NCBI GenBank assembly: GCA_964510585.1
Contig: CAZECW010000106.1
Coordinates: forward strand, 1 to 10,948
Direction: 5' to 3'
Length of the DNA stretch: 10,948 nt
From: an uncultured archaeon
Lineage (GTDB): Archaea; Asgardarchaeota; Jordiarchaeia; Jordiarchaeales; Jordiarchaeaceae
Both the position numbers and the translations under genes were made by a program. Below the pieces are notes generated by a model that ran no database searches, was not told the origin of the DNA, and saw only the letters and a program-made list of their open reading frames with translations. This document shows, piece by piece, positions 6,488 to 10,948 of the stretch; the first letter of the stretch is position 1; the number at the start of each line of letters is the position of its first letter.

Positions 6488-8080
6488 ATGTCAACAAGAA
6501 CGCTTCTAATAAATACACCGTATCCCTTCACGGAGTGCCCCACAATTCCATTGGGGTTGACTTATCTGGCGGCGGTTCTTGAGGACAGGGGGTTTGATGT
6601 GGATATACTGGACATGGTGGTCTACAAGTTCTCCAGAGAAAAGATTATTGAAAAAATTAGGGAGTACAAGCCGGACATTGTGGGAGCGGGCTCCGTTACC
6701 ATGAATTATCCACACGCTAAACGCATACTTCAAATCGCAAAGAATGAAGGCGCAACTACAATCATTGGAGGCCCACATGCTACCTTCGCGGACAGGGAGG
6801 TTCTCAGTGAAGCACCCTGGATTGACATAGTAGTGAGAAGAGAGGGCGAGTACACACTACTTGACATTGTCAGGGGCAGAGACCTAAAAGACGTTAAAGG
6901 CATAACTTATAGGGAGGATGGAGAAATAGTCCGAAACCCGGACCGCGAATTACTAATGAATCTGGATGAGCTACCCTTCCCCGCCAGACACTTAGTACCC
7001 CTATCCAAATACATTGCCTATAAAACCGGCTGCAGTATGGTGACCGGTAGAGGTTGCCCCAACAGGTGCATTTTTTGCGTGGGGCCCAAGATGACCAGTA
7101 GAAAGATGAGGTTCCGCAACCCTAAACTCTGCGTGGACGAGATGGAGGAAATTCTTGATTATGGTTTTGATGAAATAATTGTGGAGGACGACACCTTCAC
7201 TATAAACAAGAACCACGTCTTCAGCATTTGTGATGAGATCATAAGCCGGGGACTAAAGTTTAAGTGGAGTGCTAACGCCCGCGTTAACACAGTAACCAAA
7301 GAGATGCTTCAAAAAATGTACGAAGCGGGATGCATATTTATCCAGTTTGGCGTGGAGAGTGGAAACCCCGAAATTTTGAGAACGTGTAAAAAGGGAATAA
7401 CACTTGAGCAGGTACGGAAAGCCACCCAAATAGCCAAGGAAGTTGGTATAGGAGTCCTATCCTCCTTCATAATAGGATTGCCTGGGGAAACAGAAGAAAC
7501 CATAAAGGAAACCATGGAATTCGCGCGGAGTCTGGGAACCTATTACGGCTACCACGTTTTAGCTCCCTTTCCCGGAACAGAGGTCAGAGAAAGGGCAGAC
7601 GAACTGGGAGTAAAAATCCTTACAAACAACTGGTTAAGGTACGACGCCAACCGTGCAGTAACCGAAACAGAAGGAGTCTCAGCAGAATACATGAACAAAA
7701 TTGTTAGGGACTTCTACAAGGGAGTGACCAAATACGTAAAGAACCAAGTGAAAGCCGAAGAGGCCGGAACCGCCAGCGAAGCCGATTTAAAAGATGTAGC
7801 AATCAGGAGAAGAAGATCCCTAGCATGGCACCTGCTTAAAAACGATTTAATAGAAACATATGGCAAATTCAAGGACGAAGCAGAAGATCCCGTAAAAAAG
7901 CTCGCAGACAACCTATACAGTTATCGGGGAATCAAAAACAACTTCACAAAACAATACATAGATAAAGAGATTGCCCAAATGGTCAAAGAAAAACTGTTCA
8001 CCTACAAAAACGAAAACGGCACCATCGTGTGGCAGTGGAAAATGCCGGAAAAACCCATAAGAGCAAAAACAAAAGAATAA
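6488..8080 (+). CDS. Cobalamin-binding (class B) radical SAM protein, paralogue 3 (530 aa from ATG 6488)
   Basis: Motifs PLGLTYLAAVLE, IGGPHATF, RGCPNRCIFC (CxxxCxxC), EDD, FGVESGN, FIIGLPGET and APFPGT. Colinear with paralogue 2. ATG 6488 (MSTRTLLIN) is preferred over 6473, which is too close to the TATA box. Confidence 0.93.
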   Translation: MSTRTLLINTPYPFTECPTIPLGLTYLAAVLEDRGFDVDILDMVVYKFSREKIIEKIREYKPDIVGAGSVTMNYPHAKRILQIAKNEGATTIIGGPHATFADREVLSEAPWIDIVVRREGEYTLLDIVRGRDLKDVKGITYREDGEIVRNPDRELLMNLDELPFPARHLVPLSKYIAYKTGCSMVTGRGCPNRCIFCVGPKMTSRKMRFRNPKLCVDEMEEILDYGFDEIIVEDDTFTINKNHVFSICDEIISRGLKFKWSANARVNTVTKEMLQKMYEAGCIFIQFGVESGNPEILRTCKKGITLEQVRKATQIAKEVGIGVLSSFIIGLPGETEETIKETMEFARSLGTYYGYHVLAPFPGTEVRERADELGVKILTNNWLRYDANRAVTETEGVSAEYMNKIVRDFYKGVTKYVKNQVKAEEAGTASEADLKDVAIRRRRSLAWHLLKNDLIETYGKFKDEAEDPVKKLADNLYSYRGIKNNFTKQYIDKEIAQMVKEKLFTYKNENGTIVWQWKMPEKPIRAKTKE

Positions 8081-8113
8081 CTAACCTTCCCACAAAAACA
8101 CCCACACACTCAG

Positions 8114-8176
8114 AGTAGGTTCGAAAAGTTAATATCTAAGCCCCGAACTACTGTATGCTAGACATGTCTATTTTTT
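8114..8176 (+). promoter_or_regulatory. Probable promoter of the HEAT-repeat gene (GAAAAGTTAATA, 8123-8134) with flanking inverted repeat and downstream palindrome
   Basis: Purine-rich BRE followed by TTAATA. Imperfect inverted repeat AGTAGGTTCG (8114-8123) / CGAACTACT (8144-8152). Perfect palindrome TAGACATGTCTA (8159-8170) followed by T6. Confidence 0.4.
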
Positions 8177-8194
8177 AGATAATGGGGAAAAAAT

Positions 8195-8854
8195 ATGGCT
8201 AGCAATGGGCTACGCCACGTAGTAGAACAACTATTTAGCAAAAATAGAAAGATACGTGAAAGGGCGGCTGAAACTCTGGGAAGATACGCTGAAGGCGAAA
8301 TAGTCGATGAGAACGCATTAGACCCCCTCATAAAACTTCTAGACGATAAACATCACAGAGTCAGGAGAACCGCAGCCTACGCCCTTGGAAGATACGCAGA
8401 GCAAGGATTAGTAAAAGAATCAGCTCTAGACAAACTCGTGGCACTAATGCAGGATAAAAATGTTAACGTCCGCCAAAACGTCACCTTCGCCCTACTAATG
8501 TACTCCTACCAAAACTTTATGGACCCAAGAGCCCTCAAATTTCTAGTAAAAATGCTTGAGGAATCCGACTTTCTAGCAAGCGGCGAAGCCGCCTACACCC
8601 TAGCCAAATACGCAGAAAAAGGACTGGTGGACGAGTCAGCCCTCAAACCCCTAACCAAACTCCTAGAATCCAAAGACCAACTAGCTCGAGCCAACGCAGC
8701 CTACGCCCTAGCCAAATACGCAGAAAAAGGATTCCTAAACCCACAAGCAGTAAAAATACTAGTCAAACTTTTAGAAGACAAAGACTACCGAGTCCGAGAA
8801 AACTCCACCATGGCCATGAACGAATACATAAAGAACGGAATCACAATAAACTAA
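8195..8854 (+). CDS. HEAT/PBS-lyase-like alpha-solenoid repeat protein, six 36-aa repeats
   Basis: Consensus approximately xxxALxxLxxLLxDKxxxVRxxAAYALxxYAExGLV, repeated six times without gaps from Ala2 to Thr217. Confidence 0.9.
   Translation: MASNGLRHVVEQLFSKNRKIRERAAETLGRYAEGEIVDENALDPLIKLLDDKHHRVRRTAAYALGRYAEQGLVKESALDKLVALMQDKNVNVRQNVTFALLMYSYQNFMDPRALKFLVKMLEESDFLASGEAAYTLAKYAEKGLVDESALKPLTKLLESKDQLARANAAYALAKYAEKGFLNPQAVKILVKLLEDKDYRVRENSTMAMNEYIKNGITIN
8591..8731 (+). repeat. Intragenic direct repeat underlying HEAT units 4 and 5
   Basis: GCCTACACCCTAGCCAAATACGCAGAAAAAGGA (8591) and GCCTACGCCCTAGCCAAATACGCAGAAAAAGGA (8699) are 32/33 identical and 108 bp apart. GGAAGATACGC at 8279 and 8387 is also 108 bp apart. 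Confidence 0.9.
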
Positions 8855-9316
8855 TTATTAAAAATAATCACCACCAACCAACTACTAATTTATAAACTCA
8901 AAGTGATGCAAAAACCACATTTTCACACACGGACACATGCTTCCCCCTCTAAGACTACCGTAAAAGGGACTTGTAGAATCTTCTTCAAAACCAAAACTTA
9001 CGGGATTTGGATAGAATGCTCCCACATAACAAAAAGTTATATGTTTTACACAATTTTGCAACGCTTGGATCTACGCCACTAATTTTTGAAAATTTTCTGA
9101 CTTGGCTCCATATTTTTGATTGACTTGTTCTGCCCTATTTTTTTTGGGTGAATCTGGCTGCCTGCCCCGCATCTTCCCTCTCCCCTATACATAATTGTGA
9201 TAAAAAAGAGGAACACATGCTCTAAAGTTTCTTTAAAACTGGGAGCGTTATTCAAAAAGTAGATCTCTACAAAAAGGGGTGCAACTAAACATTAGGGTGA
9301 ACTTGCATCGAAGCTG

Positions 9317-9377
9317 GAAAAAGGTTTATAATAGAGAAAGATTAGAGACATATTCAAATTTATGGAGGAGTAGGAGA
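9317..9377 (+). promoter_or_regulatory. BRE/TATA (GAAAAAGG-TTTATAAT, 9317-9332) and SD (GGAGG 9364-9368, AGGAGA 9372-9377) for the acylase gene
   Basis: Near-canonical archaeal BRE plus TATA about 48 bp upstream of GTG 9380, with purine-rich SD elements before the start. Confidence 0.6.
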
Positions 9378-9379
9378 GA

Positions 9380-10813
9380 GTGCAAAGAAAGAAAATGTTA
9401 TCACTATCTATAGCCGCTCTCTTCGTCAGTATGCTACTATTGGCAGGCTTCACCATAGCCGCGTCAAACCCAGCAACGTATGGGTCTCTAAACTTGCCAG
9501 CAGTCCAAGAAAGCACAGCTAAGCAAACCGGGAGAAATGTAACCATAATTTGGGACATTTACGGTATCCCACACATTAATGGAATAACCCAAGCAGACAC
9601 ATTCTTCGGCCACGGATACGCCCAAGCAGTAGACGGCATCGAACTACTAATGCTAAACCTCATCACCGCAAAAGGCAGACTATCAGCAACATTCGGATAC
9701 GACAAATACAATAACACTTGGTATCCCGGCTACAAGCTCAGAGCCCAAGGAATAATTAGAGAAGGTGAACCGAATAACGCCATGAGTGACGGTTTACTTT
9801 GGAAATTAAAGATTCCAGTAAGCCACTCCCAATACCTCAAAATAAATCAAACTATGAGAGAAATAATGATAGAACCCTTCGCCGCAGGCATCAACTATTA
9901 CATCTATGAACACTGGGACACCCTACCCTCATGGATAAAGCAAAACGCACCAGTAACGGGAGAAGACATAGCCTCAATGGCCGCCCTCATCAACTTTCTA
10001 TTTGCAGAAGACATTGTAAGCTGGCTAACCGCAGAGGCCACACTAAAGGCTTTGAACTGGGACGTCGAAACATACCTACTACAACACAATTTAGGACCTG
10101 TTCCAATGCCCCCCTCAGTAGGATCTTCCGGCCTGCTATATAAGGGGAGTAACGAGTATCTTGTGAATGGAAGTCTTTCTAGCACTGGTTACCCTATTTT
10201 GGGTGCTGATCCACACTTGGAATGGGATGGAATAACCCAGTGGCACGAGGCGCACCTAATGGCGCCAGCAGAGGGCACACTACCCGAATTAAACGTGCAT
10301 GGCGTAATCTTTTATGGACTGCCATTCATAGGAATTGGGCACAACGAGTACCTTGCCTGGATGTCAACAGTTAACCAGCCCGACACCATGGACGTTTGGA
10401 TTGAAAAACTAGACTCTACCAACACCAAGTACTACTACGATGGTTCTTGGGTTCCCCTCACAAAAGAAGTAATAAAACTGCCAGTACTAGTTCCCGGAAT
10501 AGGTATAATGATTCAAGAACTACCCACATACTATTCTCACCACGGAGTCCTATTAACCATAAATGAGACAGCACACTACGCCCTTGCAGTAAACTATTCC
10601 ACAAGTGGTCAATGGACCGGCGTAGAACAGTTCTACCTCATGAACACTGCACAAAACATAACACAGTGGAAAGAAGCCATGTCCCTACTTGGAGTAGGCA
10701 TATTCAACTACATGGTGGCAACCAAATACAATGAAACCTTCTATGTTTGGAACGCAATGTGCCCACAAAGAAATGACATGTGGAACTGGAACTTGGCTGT
10801 ACCAGGGCTATAG
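9380..10813 (+). CDS. Secreted penicillin-acylase-family Ntn hydrolase, apparently C-terminally truncated (possible pseudogene or split gene)
   Basis: Signal peptide (MQRKK plus hydrophobic stretch). Alpha-chain motif WDIYGIPHI..FFGHGYAQAVD. Autoproteolysis and nucleophile site G|SNEY (Ser257, 10148-10150), followed by GYPILGADPHL and WHEAHL. Eight N-x-S/T sequons. The beta chain is only 221 aa. Confidence 0.85.
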   Translation: MQRKKMLSLSIAALFVSMLLLAGFTIAASNPATYGSLNLPAVQESTAKQTGRNVTIIWDIYGIPHINGITQADTFFGHGYAQAVDGIELLMLNLITAKGRLSATFGYDKYNNTWYPGYKLRAQGIIREGEPNNAMSDGLLWKLKIPVSHSQYLKINQTMREIMIEPFAAGINYYIYEHWDTLPSWIKQNAPVTGEDIASMAALINFLFAEDIVSWLTAEATLKALNWDVETYLLQHNLGPVPMPPSVGSSGLLYKGSNEYLVNGSLSSTGYPILGADPHLEWDGITQWHEAHLMAPAEGTLPELNVHGVIFYGLPFIGIGHNEYLAWMSTVNQPDTMDVWIEKLDSTNTKYYYDGSWVPLTKEVIKLPVLVPGIGIMIQELPTYYSHHGVLLTINETAHYALAVNYSTSGQWTGVEQFYLMNTAQNITQWKEAMSLLGVGIFNYMVATKYNETFYVWNAMCPQRNDMWNWNLAVPGL

Positions 10814-10916
10814 ATTCGGATAAACTGGGCTTTTTTTCTGGTTGATCCTGCTTTTTGTAGCGTTTCTTGTGGGGCTGAGGGAAAAATAATGTAGGAGAAC
10901 GACACGTATAAAGGAT

Positions 10917-10948
10917 ATGAAGCCGGAGAGACTCATTCTAATAAACCA
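10917..10948 (+). CDS. Possible start of a downstream gene running off the window (MKPERLILIN...)
   Basis: ATG 10917 is open to the window end and lies after T-tracts. The hydrophobic L-I-L-I-N loosely resembles the TLLIN start of the radical SAM paralogues. Only 10 codons are visible. Confidence 0.2.
   Translation, partial: MKPERLILIN

Noticed and set aside
5798-7911. ORFs 5798..6013, 6248..6460, 6267..6467, 6506..6778, 7001..7216, 7309..7515 and 7714..7911
   Set aside because: Shadow ORFs or low-complexity intergenic frames. The two in the divergent spacer run over the paralogue 3 promoter and do not look like RiPP precursors, though this cannot be fully excluded.
679-8080. Naming the radical SAM genes as grsA/B, hpnP, bchE or similar
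   Set aside because: The motifs seen are generic to class B enzymes; orthology needs a phylogeny.
8906-9082. 58-aa + strand ORF (MQKPHFHTR...)
   Set aside because: The ATG is only 9 bp after the TATA box, there is no SD, and no motif is recognisable.
8903-9100. Possible C/D box sRNA (GTGATGC ... CTGA)
   Set aside because: The C box is imperfect and the boxes are about 190 nt apart, far longer than typical archaeal C/D guides.
9292-10185. ORFs 9292..9558 (-), 9904..10185 (-) and 9931..10143 (+)
   Set aside because: They overlap the acylase gene in alternative frames, with no independent support.
10808-10948. Minus-strand frames at the window end: a 46-codon open frame, and a fragment FPSAPQETLQKAGSTRKKAQFI loosely like the AlkA family
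   Set aside because: Too short, and the AlkA-like frame has a stop upstream. The resemblance is within chance.
1-10948. CRISPR array, tRNA, rRNA or transposase
   Set aside because: No regularly spaced repeat-spacer pattern, cloverleaf, rRNA-like block or DDE/HUH motif was seen. The only periodic repeats are in-frame within the HEAT gene.

Overview
Gene-dense window that looks archaeal: BRE/TATA-type promoters, GGAGG/GGTG ribosome-binding sites, T-tract terminators and a secreted protein rich in N-x-S/T sequons. A lineage such as Asgard archaea or Bathyarchaeia is only a guess. Three paralogous cobalamin-binding (class B) radical SAM genes on the + strand (<2..547, 679..2286, 6488..8080) bracket a four-gene minus-strand block. 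That block encodes unknown ~390-aa protein B, a translationally coupled CrtC/AttH/tocopherol-cyclase-like beta-barrel protein, a stand-alone phosphohistidine 'swivel' (PEP-utilizer mobile) domain, and unknown ~385-aa protein A, a clear paralogue of B. A near-identical 21-bp promoter motif precedes both halves of the block. The best candidate for an undescribed system is this block: a split PEP-synthase/dikinase-like phosphotransfer module with a heterodimeric unknown partner, possibly working with the B12 radical SAM enzymes on a hydrophobic substrate. Downstream are a protein made of six exact 36-aa HEAT-like repeats and a secreted penicillin-acylase-family Ntn hydrolase whose beta chain appears truncated. 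No rRNA, tRNA, CRISPR array or recognisable transposase was seen. All family assignments come from motif recognition by eye; no database searches were run.
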